DNA of 32,000 bases, from positions 2,370,001 to 2,402,000 of the forward strand of contig NZ_CP034549.1 in the NCBI RefSeq assembly GCF_003966335.1, given 5' to 3'. Origin of the DNA: Nonlabens ponticola. GTDB lineage: Bacteria > Bacteroidota > Bacteroidia > Flavobacteriales > Flavobacteriaceae. The position numbers and the translations under genes are program-made. This document shows, piece after piece, positions 1-9,587 of the stretch. Each line of letters begins with the position of its first letter. The stretch's first letter is position 1. The notes under the pieces are model-generated. The model made no database searches. It saw nothing but the letters and a program-made list of their open reading frames with translations, and was not told the DNA's origin.

Positions 1-1009
1 GTGCAATGTACTTAGCTGGAGACTCTCTAAGATCATCAATATTGGGTTTGAATGCAAGCCCCATTAAAGCAATTTTAGGTAATCTACCATGGTCTAGTCT
101 AAATTGTAATTTAGCATTCTTTACCTGCTCTGCACACCAGAATGATTTGTAATTATTGATTTCTCTAGCCTTACCAATAATCTGTGATTCCATCGGGAAA
201 TCAGCAACTATAAAATACGGGTCGACGGCAATACAATGACCACCTACACCACAACCCGGTTGTAAGATATTGACTCGTGGATGCTTATTGGCAAGTTTGA
301 TTAGTTCCCAGACGTTGATATCAGCTTTGGCGCAGATCAACGATAGTTCATTAGCAAACGCTATTTGAACGTCTCTAGAGCTATTCTCAACAAGTTTACA
401 CATCTCTGCAGTGCGAGCGTTAGTAGCATGCAGTTCACCATTGACATGTTGTTTGTAAAATTGCAATGCCGCTTGTGTACTTTTCTCATTGACACCACCT
501 ATCACTCGATCGTTATTGACCAGCTCATGCATGACGTTACCAGGCAGCACACGCTCTGGACAATATGCTATATTTACTTTGCCCTCAAGCTCTGGTCGCT
601 CATTGTAAATGAGTTCCATCATCTTCTCCGTTGTACCAATAGGTGATGTTGATTCTATAATATAAAGATCACCATCCTTAAGTAGAGGAATTATGCCACG
701 TGTTGCTGCCTCGACAAAGGAAATGTCCGGTTCATTTTTATCCTTAAAGGGTGTAGGGACAACAATTAAGTAGGTATTTGCTTTTACTGCCTGAGTAGCT
801 GCTTTCAAGTAACCGTCACTCACGGCCGCCGCAACTGCAGTACCTAGGTCTGGCTCAACAATATGAATCTCTCCTCTATTGATTATTTCAACAACCTCTG
901 GATTGATATCGACCCCATGCACATAGACCTGGTTAGAGGCTATTAAGGCTGCTGTAGGCAGACCGATGTAACCCAAACCTATCATCACTACTTCTGGTTC
1001 TTTACTCAC
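1..1009 (-). CDS. wecC: UDP-N-acetyl-D-mannosamine dehydrogenase; the 3' end runs off the window
   Basis: My own minus-strand translation reads VSKEPEVVMIGLGYIGLPTAALIA...GVGGHCIAVDPYF...GLAFKPNIDDLRESPAKYIA. That gives a Rossmann N-terminus, the catalytic Cys motif and the C-terminal UDP-sugar dehydrogenase motif. GTG start at 1007-1009. It is missing from the ORF track because the frame stays open to the window edge. wecB lies nearby. Confidence 0.85.
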   Translation of the reverse strand, partial: MSKEPEVVMIGLGYIGLPTAALIASNQVYVHGVDINPEVVEIINRGEIHIVEPDLGTAVAAAVSDGYLKAATQAVKANTYLIVVPTPFKDKNEPDISFVEAATRGIIPLLKDGDLYIIESTSPIGTTEKMMELIYNERPELEGKVNIAYCPERVLPGNVMHELVNNDRVIGGVNEKSTQAALQFYKQHVNGELHATNARTAEMCKLVENSSRDVQIAFANELSLICAKADINVWELIKLANKHPRVNILQPGCGVGGHCIAVDPYFIVADFPMESQIIGKAREINNYKSFWCAEQVKNAKLQFRLDHGRLPKIALMGLAFKPNIDDLRESPAKYIA

Positions 1010-1030
1010 TCTTTATTTTTTTAATGAAAT

Positions 1031-1038
1031 CAAAATTA
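1031..1038 (-). promoter_or_regulatory. Candidate Bacteroidetes-type -7 box (TAATTTTG on the minus strand) upstream of wecC
   Basis: Exact match to the TAnnTTTG consensus, 22 nt upstream of the GTG start. I found no convincing -33 TTG. Confidence 0.3.
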
Positions 1039-1110
1039 AGAATTGTAGAATAGTTAATAGTGTTATTTGAAATAATACTTACTTTTCCCGGTTTTTAATT
1101 CATAAGCAAT

Positions 1111-1797
1111 ATGCTCAAAACCATCAAGGTTTACTATAAGGAACTTCTATCCCAAACTCTATTTCTATTATTGTTGTTTGTCGGGATTGATGCCCTGTAT
1201 GCGGTCTTACACGTCGCGCATATGGCAGGATATGTATTTCTAGATGAATTCCTAGTTAATACTGAAAGAGGATATGCAGAGGTTTATCAGTACACAAAAG
1301 AATTTTTTTGTGCTTATCTGTTGCTATACGGTGCTATTCAATATAAGTCTATTCAACGTCTAGCTTGGGGCTTATTATTTTTATACTTTTTCTTTGATGA
1401 CTCTGTGCAAATTCATGAAAATACAGACAAATGGTTTGGAGAATTTATAAACATCCCAGCGGTAGGTTCACTGCCTAAAGAAGGTGTATGGCAATTATTG
1501 ACTGGATTTTTCCTATTGGGCGTTGCTAGTCTAATGATATGGCTATCTACCAAGTATAAGGAATCTAGGAGTTTTAAACCACAATCGATGGCCTTGATCC
1601 TATGCGTTCTAGGCTTGGGTGGTTTTGCGGTCGTGTTTGATGCTATTCATGCACTGTTCAAAGGTGATGGGCAACTTGATTCTCTACTAGCGCTTATTGA
1701 AGACGCAGGTGAGATGGCGTGCGTGTCATTGAGTTTATGGGTGATATTCACTGACATCATCGAGCAACGATTTGGAATAATTAAAAAAGCTCCCTGA
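1111..1797 (+). CDS. Hypothetical multi-pass membrane protein, about 6 hydrophobic segments, function unknown
   Basis: Complete 228-aa ORF with alternating hydrophobic stretches (LFLLLLFVGIDALYAVL, FFCAYLLLYGAI, LAWGLLFLYFFF, LLTGFFLLGVASLMIWL, MALILCVLGLGGFAVVF, CVSLSLWVIF). I recognise no catalytic motif. It is on the opposite strand to all surrounding sugar genes. Confidence 0.6.
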   Translation: MLKTIKVYYKELLSQTLFLLLLFVGIDALYAVLHVAHMAGYVFLDEFLVNTERGYAEVYQYTKEFFCAYLLLYGAIQYKSIQRLAWGLLFLYFFFDDSVQIHENTDKWFGEFINIPAVGSLPKEGVWQLLTGFFLLGVASLMIWLSTKYKESRSFKPQSMALILCVLGLGGFAVVFDAIHALFKGDGQLDSLLALIEDAGEMACVSLSLWVIFTDIIEQRFGIIKKAP

Positions 1798-1813
1798 TAT
1801 AGGAAGCTTTTTT
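1783..1813. terminator. Possible bidirectional rho-independent terminator between two convergent genes
   Basis: AAAAGCTCCC / GGAAGCTTTT form a 10-bp stem with one C.A mismatch and a 7-nt loop. An A-run lies on the left and a T-run on the right. The hairpin overlaps the stop of the 1111-1797 ORF and ends 3 nt before the wecB stop. Confidence 0.4.
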
Positions 1814-1815
1814 AA

Positions 1816-2934
1816 TTAGACATTCATAATGAACTTTGCAACTCGTTCACATGCTTTTCCGTCTCCATAGGGATTATGAAGTTCACTCATTCTATTAAAT
1901 CTATCTTGATTATTTAATAAGTCTAAGGTTTCCGAGACTATTAACTCTTTATCTGTTCCTACCAGCACCACGGTTCCTGCATCGACAGCCTCTGGTCTCT
2001 CAGTGGTATCTCTCATTACCAGAACTGGTTTACCTAAACTTGGTGCTTCTTCTTGTACACCACCACTATCTGTGATGATTAGCTTTGATCGATTCATAAG
2101 CCATATAAAATCTTGATATGCTAGAGGATCGATAAGCAAAATGTTTTTTACATCACTTAAAATACGGTTTACAGGCTCTTGTACTTTTGGATTGAGATGA
2201 ACGGGATAAATGATTTTATGATCAGGCTTGCTTACTGCTATTTCCTTAAGCGCCTCACAAATACGTTCAAAACCAGCTCCATGATTTTCCCTGCGATGTC
2301 CTGTCACTAGGATTACCTCTTCATCACCTATGAGTTTGTCAAGATTTACGACAATATCACTAGGGTTTTCCTCAATTTTTTTCACACTTTCTAAAAGTGC
2401 GTCAATAACAGTATTTCCTGTGACTAGAATGGTATCATCCTTAATTCCTTCCTTAAGCAGATTGTCACGTGAGGTTGTCGTAGGAGCAAAATGATAGTCA
2501 GCTATTCTACCTGTTACTTGACGATTTATTTCTTCTGGAAATGGCGACCACTTGTCATTGGTTCTCAAACCTGCTTCTATATGACAAACCTTTGATTGAT
2601 TATAAAAAGAAGCAATACTAGTAGACATAGTTGTACTGGTATCACCATGAACACAGACAAAATCTGGATTAAAATCTTCTAGAACATCTTTGAGACCTAA
2701 AATAATCGCGGCTGTAAGACCATATAAATTTTGACCGGGTTTCATAAGGTCGAGGTCATAGTGTGGTTCAACTTCAAAAAAGTCCAATACTTGATCCAGC
2801 ATTTCCCTATGCTGTGCAGTTACACAGACCCTTGTTTCAAATACATCAGGGTATTCTTCAAATTTTTTCACCAGCGGTGACATTTTTATTGCCTCAGGTC
2901 TCGTTCCAAAAACGACTAATATTTTTTTCAACAT
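1816..2934 (-). CDS. wecB: UDP-N-acetylglucosamine 2-epimerase (non-hydrolysing)
   Basis: 372 aa. The N-terminus ILVVFGTRPEAIKMSPL is the classic WecB/MnaA signature. Also has HGDTSTT and TDSGGVQEEAPSLGKPVLVMR. Confidence 0.95.
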   Translation of the reverse strand: MLKKILVVFGTRPEAIKMSPLVKKFEEYPDVFETRVCVTAQHREMLDQVLDFFEVEPHYDLDLMKPGQNLYGLTAAIILGLKDVLEDFNPDFVCVHGDTSTTMSTSIASFYNQSKVCHIEAGLRTNDKWSPFPEEINRQVTGRIADYHFAPTTTSRDNLLKEGIKDDTILVTGNTVIDALLESVKKIEENPSDIVVNLDKLIGDEEVILVTGHRRENHGAGFERICEALKEIAVSKPDHKIIYPVHLNPKVQEPVNRILSDVKNILLIDPLAYQDFIWLMNRSKLIITDSGGVQEEAPSLGKPVLVMRDTTERPEAVDAGTVVLVGTDKELIVSETLDLLNNQDRFNRMSELHNPYGDGKACERVAKFIMNV

Positions 2935-3099
2935 AAAGGGATTATCAAATTAGCATGATGTATTTTAGGGATTATGACAATTAATTTGTCAATGATCGTG
3001 CAAAACTAAGCTATTGTAGGTTAATACTCTACCTACATAATTGTGTTGACTGCTATCGCATGATTAAGTGACTATTCAGATCTTATAACTACGCTAAAA

Positions 3100-4374
3100 T
3101 TATAAAGTGGCGTCAACTCTTGATTTTATAGACCCCTTAATATCGTATATTATGCACTCGTCTTTTTGGAAATTGGACAGCTTAAGTTCTTCAAATGAAT
3201 CATGAGCGACGGCACCAACAATGGCATCATATTTATTTGTCGGTTTTGATTGACGCGAAATCAAGTTATATTCTGCCTTGACTATCTCTGGAACTGCCCA
3301 TGGATCATAGATATCTACATTTGCGCCATATTGCTGTAATTCCTCTATCAGGTCAACAACTTTAGTATTGCGCACATCGGGACAATTCTCTTTAAAAGTG
3401 ATGCCCAGCACCAGAATGCTAGATCCCTTTACATTGATATTACTTTGCAGCATGAGCTTAATAATTTCACTAGCCACATACTTACCCATTCCATCATTCA
3501 TTCTTCTACCAGCAAGTATGATCTCTGGACTATAACCTAATTCTTGGGCTTTTTGAGCTAAGTAATAAGGATCCACTCCTATGCAGTGACCGCCCACAAG
3601 ACCCGGCTTAAAGGGAAGAAAATTCCATTTTGTACCGGCGGCCTCAAGGACATCATGAGTATTGATATTCATTTTATTAAAAATCTTCGCCAGCTCGTTG
3701 ACAAAAGCGATATTGATATCTCTTTGCGAGTTTTCAATGACTTTGGCCGCCTCCGCAACTTTTATCGTTGGAGCAAGATGCGTCCCTGCGGTAATGACGC
3801 TTTTGTATAGTTCATCTACCTTTGAGCCAATTTCTGGTGTACTTCCAGAAGTTACTTTGAGAATCTTTTCTACCGTATGTGTTTTATCGCCTGGATTGAT
3901 ACGCTCTGGAGAGTATCCTACATGAAAATCAGTATTAAAAGATAGACCACTATGCTTTTCTAGGATAGGAACGCACACCTCTTCGGTAGCTCCAGGAAAT
4001 ACGGTAGATTCATAAATAACTAAGTCTCCTTTTTTCAAGATAGAGCCGATAGTTCTACTAGCTTCTATCAAAGGTGTGAGAACGGGCCTGTTATTCTTAT
4101 CTACGGGAGTAGGAACGGTTACAATGAAAACATCAGAGTCTAATATATCTTGAACATTGTAGGTGCAGTAAAGCCCGTGACCAGAATCTGGAGTGACCTT
4201 GAGCACCGATTGTAAGTCAGTATCTTCAATCTCAAGTGTGCTATCATGACCGGCAAAAAGTTCTTTTACTCTTGATTGATTGATATCAAACCCTACAACA
4301 TCGTATTTAGTCGCAAAAAGTCTGGCTAACGGCAGCCCTACATATCCCAAACCAATAATTGCAATTTTATTCAT
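3100..4374 (-). CDS. UDP-N-acetyl-D-glucosamine/galactosamine 6-dehydrogenase (TviB/WbpO/CapL family)
   Basis: 424 aa. IAIIGLGYVGLPLA Rossmann motif, GGHCIGVDPYY catalytic Cys motif, and GITFKENCPDVRNTK C-terminal motif. Confidence 0.85.
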   Translation of the reverse strand: MNKIAIIGLGYVGLPLARLFATKYDVVGFDINQSRVKELFAGHDSTLEIEDTDLQSVLKVTPDSGHGLYCTYNVQDILDSDVFIVTVPTPVDKNNRPVLTPLIEASRTIGSILKKGDLVIYESTVFPGATEEVCVPILEKHSGLSFNTDFHVGYSPERINPGDKTHTVEKILKVTSGSTPEIGSKVDELYKSVITAGTHLAPTIKVAEAAKVIENSQRDINIAFVNELAKIFNKMNINTHDVLEAAGTKWNFLPFKPGLVGGHCIGVDPYYLAQKAQELGYSPEIILAGRRMNDGMGKYVASEIIKLMLQSNINVKGSSILVLGITFKENCPDVRNTKVVDLIEELQQYGANVDIYDPWAVPEIVKAEYNLISRQSKPTNKYDAIVGAVAHDSFEELKLSNFQKDECIIYDIKGSIKSRVDATL

Positions 4375-4463
4375 TTTTAAATGCTTTTGTAATAGCTGTT
4401 CCTTCTTATTTTGTGCAGTAAGTTTTCTTCGACTGCTATGAATGGTGTCAAAAAAGCGAAATT

Positions 4464-5429
4464 CTACAAATTATCTTTGTACCATTTAACCGCCTCATCA
4501 ATTCCTGACCTCAAATCAAATTGTGGATCGTAACCTAAATGCAAACGAGCCTTATCAATAGATGCTAGCGAGTGAGGAACATCACCTGATCTAGGTGCAC
4601 CATAAATTACTGGAACATCATTTACATCAACATCATATCTGGATAATGAGCTTTTTAATAAGGACACTAATTGGTTGAGATCTGTCCTTTCACCATAGGC
4701 GATATTGTAAATTTCATTGACAGCTAGCGTATTTTGAGTAAGCATGGCCTTTTCATTTGCCTCAATCACATTATCAATATAGGTGAAATCTCGTGAGTAA
4801 CTGCCATCGCCATTAATAACTGGTGATTGCTTATTCATCAATTGTTTTGTAAAAAGAGGTATAACCGCTGCATAGGCACCATTAGGATCTTGTCGACGGC
4901 CAAAAACATTAAAATACCTCAATCCTATCGTATTGAGACCGTAAGTCTTATTAAAAATATCAGCATATAGCTCATTCACGTATTTTGTGATTGCATATGG
5001 CGACAAAGGTTTTCCTATTTCATCCTCAACTTTTGGCAATGCTTTTGAATCTCCATAGGTTGATGAGCTAGCAGCATATACCATTTTCTTAACACCTGCT
5101 TCTCTACAAGCTACTAACATATTTAAAAAACCATTTACATTTACCGCGTTTGAGGTTATCGGGTCTTTTATAGATCTAGGCACACTTCCCAGGGCGGCTT
5201 GATGCAATACAAAAGAACAGTCTTTTACAGCATTGTGACACACATTTATATCTCGTATATCTCCTTCAACAAACTCAAAATTTTCGTAATCATTCAAGTG
5301 TTCTAAATTATGAAGGTGACCTGTTGATAGATTATCCAGTGCCTTGACATGGTAATCCTTTTTTACAAAATATTCTGATAGGTTACTACCTATAAAGCCG
5401 GCCGCTCCTGTAATAAGAATGGTAATCAT
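4464..5429 (-). CDS. NAD-dependent UDP-GlcNAc / UDP-GlcNAcA C4-epimerase (WbpP/TviC family)
   Basis: 321 aa. ILITGAAGFIGSNL, LDNLSTGH, HQAALGSVPRSIKDPITSNAVNVNGFLNML, SPYAITKYVNELYA (YxxxK) and LRYFNVFGRRQDPNGAYAAVIP closely match my recollection of WbpP. Confidence 0.85.
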   Translation of the reverse strand: MITILITGAAGFIGSNLSEYFVKKDYHVKALDNLSTGHLHNLEHLNDYENFEFVEGDIRDINVCHNAVKDCSFVLHQAALGSVPRSIKDPITSNAVNVNGFLNMLVACREAGVKKMVYAASSSTYGDSKALPKVEDEIGKPLSPYAITKYVNELYADIFNKTYGLNTIGLRYFNVFGRRQDPNGAYAAVIPLFTKQLMNKQSPVINGDGSYSRDFTYIDNVIEANEKAMLTQNTLAVNEIYNIAYGERTDLNQLVSLLKSSLSRYDVDVNDVPVIYGAPRSGDVPHSLASIDKARLHLGYDPQFDLRSGIDEAVKWYKDNL

Positions 5430-5508
5430 AAAAAGACTGAGGTATTTTGCAGGAACATTAGAATATCTGAATTTTGAAAAAATACTGAAGGAACATCACA
5501 ACTACATG

Positions 5509-6030
5509 CTATAACTTAATGTCTTTATCTGAAACCAGCACCTTAGATGCGTCCAATTGCCAATCTATATTCAATCTAGGGTCATCATACCTTAAACCAC
5601 CTTCACTACCCTTGTTGTAGAAGTTATCGCATTTATAAGCAAATAAAGCCTCTTCTGATAATACGCTATAACCATGTGCAAATCCACGAGGAACGTATAA
5701 CTGTTTTTTATTCTCGCCACTCAATTCTACTGCGACGTATTGCATATATGTCTTTGATTCTTTCCTCAAGTCTACCGCTACATCAAGAATGGTTCCCTTA
5801 ATACAACGCACTAGTTTTGCTTGTGCATGCTTACCTTGTTGCAAATGCAATCCTCTTATAACCCCATAATTACTGTACGATTCATTATCCTGTACAAATG
5901 GTGTATCTATTCCTGTAAGCTCTTTAAATTTCGCGGCATTAAATGTTTCCATGAAATAACCACGCCCATCTTTAAAGACAGCAGGCTCAATAACAAAACA
6001 ACCATCAATGGCAGTAGGAATTATTTTCAT
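5509..6030 (-). CDS. rfbC: dTDP-4-dehydrorhamnose 3,5-epimerase
   Basis: 173 aa. RGYFMETF, RGLHLQ and VPRGFAHGY cupin motifs. Its start overlaps the rfbA stop by 1 nt (TAATG). Confidence 0.9.
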   Translation of the reverse strand: MKIIPTAIDGCFVIEPAVFKDGRGYFMETFNAAKFKELTGIDTPFVQDNESYSNYGVIRGLHLQQGKHAQAKLVRCIKGTILDVAVDLRKESKTYMQYVAVELSGENKKQLYVPRGFAHGYSVLSEEALFAYKCDNFYNKGSEGGLRYDDPRLNIDWQLDASKVLVSDKDIKL

Positions 6031-6884
6031 TAAAGATCTTTTAGATTAATACCATAACCGCTTTTAAGCAATGGTTGTACCAGTTTTTGCAACTGCTCCT
6101 TATCAATGAATCCCATTTCAAAGGCTGTCGCCTCTATGGATCCTATTTTCATTCCTTGCCTATTCTCAATAACTTCTACAAATTGGGATGCCTGCATAAG
6201 TGACTCAAAAGTACCCGTGTCTAACCACGCTGTTCCTTTATCTAGAATGCTTACCTGCAGCTTATTTAGTTCGAGATATTTTTTATTAACATCGGTAATT
6301 TCGAGCTCGCCGCGTGGACTAGGCGCCAATTCTTTTGCAATATCAAGCACCTGATTATCATAGAAGTATATACCTGGAACGGCATAAGATGATTTGGGGC
6401 TCTCTGGCTTCTCCTCAATACTGACCGCACGTCCATCATTATCAAAGTCTACCACGCCATAGCGTTGCGGGTCATGAACGTGATATGCATATATGATACC
6501 ACCATCAGGCTGCGTATTGGATTGCAATAGCTGTGCTAATCCTGTACCGTAAAAAATATTGTCACCTAAAATAAGGGCTACATTATCATCACCAACAAAT
6601 TCTCGTCCAATAATAAAAGCTTCAGCAAGTCCATTAGGTGCATCCTGGATCGCATATTGGAAATCGCAGCCGTAATTCTCACCGTTACCCAACAAGGATT
6701 TAAAGGCTTCTTGATCCTGTGGCGTCGTGATGATAAGTATTTCTCTTATCCCAGCCGACATAAGCGTACTGAGTGGATAATAAATCATTGGCTTGTCGTA
6801 AACTGGCAACAGCTGCTTGGACACCACTTTGGTTAACGGGTGCAGTCTAGTTCCTGATCCACCTGCGAGGATGATTCCTTTCAT
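6030..6884 (-). CDS. rfbA: Glucose-1-phosphate thymidylyltransferase
   Basis: 284 aa. [18 protein letters not shown] and [11 protein letters not shown] are signature motifs. Confidence 0.95.
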   Translation of the reverse strand: MKGIILAGGSGTRLHPLTKVVSKQLLPVYDKPMIYYPLSTLMSAGIREILIITTPQDQEAFKSLLGNGENYGCDFQYAIQDAPNGLAEAFIIGREFVGDDNVALILGDNIFYGTGLAQLLQSNTQPDGGIIYAYHVHDPQRYGVVDFDNDGRAVSIEEKPESPKSSYAVPGIYFYDNQVLDIAKELAPSPRGELEITDVNKKYLELNKLQVSILDKGTAWLDTGTFESLMQASQFVEVIENRQGMKIGSIEATAFEMGFIDKEQLQKLVQPLLKSGYGINLKDL

Positions 6885-6903
6885 AGTGTTTGTTGTTTGT
6901 TAC

Positions 6904-6917
6904 GCTTTCGCGAAAGC
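6904..6917. repeat. Iterated palindrome GCTTTCGCGAAAGC, copy 1 (intergenic, rfbB-rfbA spacer)
   Basis: Exact 14-mer. The flanks give TTACGCTTTCGCGAAAGCATAAT (6900-6922), identical over 23 nt to copy 8. Confidence 0.95.
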
Positions 6918-6935
6918 ATAATACCATAAATACAT

Positions 6936-7952
6936 TTAACCATTAGTTTTTTCCAGCCACTGTGGATTTTCCAGATACCAATCTATGGTCTGTTGCAATC
7001 CAACTTGAAAATCACGGCTAGGTTTCCAACCCAATTCTCGCTGAAGTTTACTGCTATCAATCGCATAGCGCAAATCGTGTCCAGGTCGATCCTTTACATA
7101 TGTGATCAACTTACGTGAGCTGCCAATAGGCCTATCCAGTTTTTGATCCATTTGATCACAAAGCAATTGTACAAGATCGATATTCTTCCATTCATTATGC
7201 CCGCCTACATTATAGGTCTCGCCATTCTTGCCTTCATGAAAAATTAAATCAATAGCAGTAGCGTGATCCTCTACATATAACCAGTCGCGTGTATAATTAC
7301 CATCACCGTAAACTGGTAATGGTTTATTATTTAGGATGCGATTTATAAATAGCGGAATCAGCTTTTCTGGGTAGTGATTAGGCCCATAATTGTTGGAGCA
7401 ATTTGAAATAACGTGAGATATATTATAAGTCTCTCCATATGCTCTTACAAAATGATCGCTACTGGCTTTAGAGGCGCTGTAAGGCGAGTTGGGGTCATAC
7501 GGTGTGTTCTCTGTAAACAATCCAGTCGCGCCCAGCGATCCATAGACCTCATCAGTGCTTACATGGTAGAAGGTATGCGCTTCTCTTGGTGACCATTTTT
7601 TACGTGCTGCTTCTAATAAATTGACTGTACCCATAACATTGGTGCGCACGAACTGCAATGGATCTTCAATTGAGCGATCTACGTGACTTTCCGCCGCTAG
7701 ATGAATAACGTCTGTAATTCCATGCTTGTCAAAAAGCTGTCGCAATAAATCCAGATCTGTAATATCACCGTGTATAAATGTATAGTTAGGCTTATTTGAA
7801 ATATCCTCGACATTCTCGAGATTACCTGCATAGGTAAGCGCATCAAGATTGAAAATATGATAATCAGGATACTTGATGACAAATAGGCGCACTACATGCG
7901 AGCCTATGAATCCAGCACCACCAGTAATGAGAATATGCTTTTTATTGTCCAT
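6936..7952 (-). CDS. rfbB: dTDP-glucose 4,6-dehydratase
   Basis: 338 aa. ILITGGAGFIGSH, STDEVYG and YSASKASSDHFV (YxxxK). Confidence 0.95.
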   Translation of the reverse strand: MDNKKHILITGGAGFIGSHVVRLFVIKYPDYHIFNLDALTYAGNLENVEDISNKPNYTFIHGDITDLDLLRQLFDKHGITDVIHLAAESHVDRSIEDPLQFVRTNVMGTVNLLEAARKKWSPREAHTFYHVSTDEVYGSLGATGLFTENTPYDPNSPYSASKASSDHFVRAYGETYNISHVISNCSNNYGPNHYPEKLIPLFINRILNNKPLPVYGDGNYTRDWLYVEDHATAIDLIFHEGKNGETYNVGGHNEWKNIDLVQLLCDQMDQKLDRPIGSSRKLITYVKDRPGHDLRYAIDSSKLQRELGWKPSRDFQVGLQQTIDWYLENPQWLEKTNG

Positions 7953-7964
7953 AACAATGCTTGA

Positions 7965-9365
7965 TCAACCTTTTCCTATAGCAAAAGCATTCATTCCTAT
8001 CTCCTCAAGCTGCTGAATATCTAAGATACCACGACCGTCAAAAACAAATGATGGCTTGAGCATTTGCTCATGGATTTGCTTCCAATCATATTCCCTGAAC
8101 TCATCCCATTCAGTCATTACAGCGACCGCATGAGCATCCTTGAAAATGTCTTCGGTAGTTTGCGCTACATTTACAAGTCTCTGATTTTCTTCTTCTGACC
8201 TTGTGTTTAGATAATCAAGGTCTGCATAGATTTGTTGTGAGGTAACCTTAGGGTCGTATACAACGACTTGAGCCTGCTCGCTCAATAGATAATCTGCCAC
8301 ATAAATAGCCGCAGACTCTCTAGTATCGTTGGTATCTTTTTTGAATGCCCATCCTAATAAAACAATTTTCTTACCATTAACTGTATTATATAAGGACTGG
8401 ATAATCTTTTCTGCAAATCTTCTTTTCTGGTAATCATTCATTTTAATTACCTGATGCCAATATTCTGCCACCTCATCTAGTCCATAGGTTTTACTTAAAT
8501 AAACGAGGTTCAAAATATCTTTTTGAAAGCAGGATCCTCCAAAGCCTACACTAGACTTCAAAAACTTAGGTCCTATTCGGGAATCTTGTCCTATGGCTCG
8601 GGCTACCTCATCAACATCAGCCTCAGTCGCCTCACAAAGCGCGCTCAAACTATTAATACTTGATACACGCTGCGCTAGAAATGCGTTTGCTGTAAGCTTA
8701 GAAAGCTCTGACGACCACACATTTGTAGTAAGAATACGATCACTAGGTACCCAATGTGCATATACATCATGTAATGCTTGAATCGCTGCAGCACCTTCTG
8801 GAGTGCGTTCACCACCTATTAAGACGCGATCTGGGTTTAGTAGATCTTGTACAGCTGTTCCTTCTGCTAAAAACTCTGGATTTGAAAGTACTTGAAAGTT
8901 GACGTCGCTACCTGTGCTTGATAGAATATCCTGTAATGCTTCAGCTGTCCTTACGGGCAAGGTAGACTTTTCAACAATTATTTTATCGTTAGTAGCTACC
9001 CTTGCAATCTGACGTGCGCAAAGTTCTATGTACTTTAGGTCTGCGGCCATTCCTTTACCTACACCATAGGTCTTAGTAGGTGTATTGACAGAAATAAAAA
9101 TCATGTCTGATTCATCAATGGCTTCATCCACATTAGTGCTAAAAAATAGGTTGCGACCTCTTGCTTCTTTAACTATATCTGAAAGGCCAGGCTCATATAT
9201 AGGTAAGTTATCCAGATCATCATCATTCCATGCCGCGATACGATCTGCATTTAGATCAACAACATGCACTTTGATTCCAGGACATTTCGCCGCTATGACT
9301 GACATGGTAGGGCCACCCACATAACCAGCACCAATACAACATATATTTTTAATGGAGTTCTTCAA
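7965..9365 (-). CDS. ugd: UDP-glucose 6-dehydrogenase (long, eukaryote-like form)
   Basis: 466 aa. [13 protein letters not shown] and [10 protein letters not shown] (catalytic Cys). The start codon is TTG (9363-9365) and there is no in-frame ATG upstream. Confidence 0.9.
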   Translation of the reverse strand: MKNSIKNICCIGAGYVGGPTMSVIAAKCPGIKVHVVDLNADRIAAWNDDDLDNLPIYEPGLSDIVKEARGRNLFFSTNVDEAIDESDMIFISVNTPTKTYGVGKGMAADLKYIELCARQIARVATNDKIIVEKSTLPVRTAEALQDILSSTGSDVNFQVLSNPEFLAEGTAVQDLLNPDRVLIGGERTPEGAAAIQALHDVYAHWVPSDRILTTNVWSSELSKLTANAFLAQRVSSINSLSALCEATEADVDEVARAIGQDSRIGPKFLKSSVGFGGSCFQKDILNLVYLSKTYGLDEVAEYWHQVIKMNDYQKRRFAEKIIQSLYNTVNGKKIVLLGWAFKKDTNDTRESAAIYVADYLLSEQAQVVVYDPKVTSQQIYADLDYLNTRSEEENQRLVNVAQTTEDIFKDAHAVAVMTEWDEFREYDWKQIHEQMLKPSFVFDGRGILDIQQLEEIGMNAFAIGKG

Positions 9366-9396
9366 TTTGATAGCAATTACTTAATTATTTATTATG

Positions 9397-9404
9397 CAAA
9401 TCTA
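9397..9404 (-). promoter_or_regulatory. Candidate -7 box (TAGATTTG on the minus strand) upstream of ugd
   Basis: Exact TAnnTTTG, 32 nt upstream of the TTG start. No clear -33 element. Confidence 0.3.
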
Positions 9405-9554
9405 GTGTAAATGACTGACACTTGTATTCGTGAACGCCCGTGGTAGATGCCTGTAAAACATATAGTATTTAGGATTTGCACCCATTTCAAACTTAAATTA
9501 TCGTTAAACAATTGAAATAAAAGGCTGTAAAATTTTTTGTAGTCACGATAATTA

Positions 9555-9562
9555 TATATTTG
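9555..9562 (+). promoter_or_regulatory. Candidate -7 box (TATATTTG) upstream of the OmpA-family gene
   Basis: Exact TAnnTTTG, 26 nt upstream of the ATG at 9588. A TTG at 9537-9539 leaves only a 15-nt spacer, which is shorter than usual. Confidence 0.35.
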
Positions 9563-9587
9563 CCCTCTGAAAGCTTAAAACTTTATC

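Noticed and set aside
365-646. 93-aa plus-strand ORF
   Set aside because: It lies entirely antisense within the clearly coding wecC frame, has a Cys/His/Leu-rich non-protein-like composition and has no start context. It is a shadow ORF.
2946-2989. TAATTTG-type motifs near the wecB start, with similar ones before fabH (around 31905) and the M1 peptidase (around 25028), as promoter -7 boxes
   Set aside because: They are one T short of the TAnnTTTG consensus (they read TAnnTTG). I list only exact matches as candidates.
1-6903. Absence of the palindrome from the left 6.9 kb (the sugar genes) as evidence that this block is a horizontally acquired island
   Set aside because: At the observed density, roughly one copy per 3 kb, only about 2 copies would be expected. 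Zero is therefore not statistically meaningful (roughly P = 0.1). I also see no obvious compositional break, integrase or tRNA boundary.
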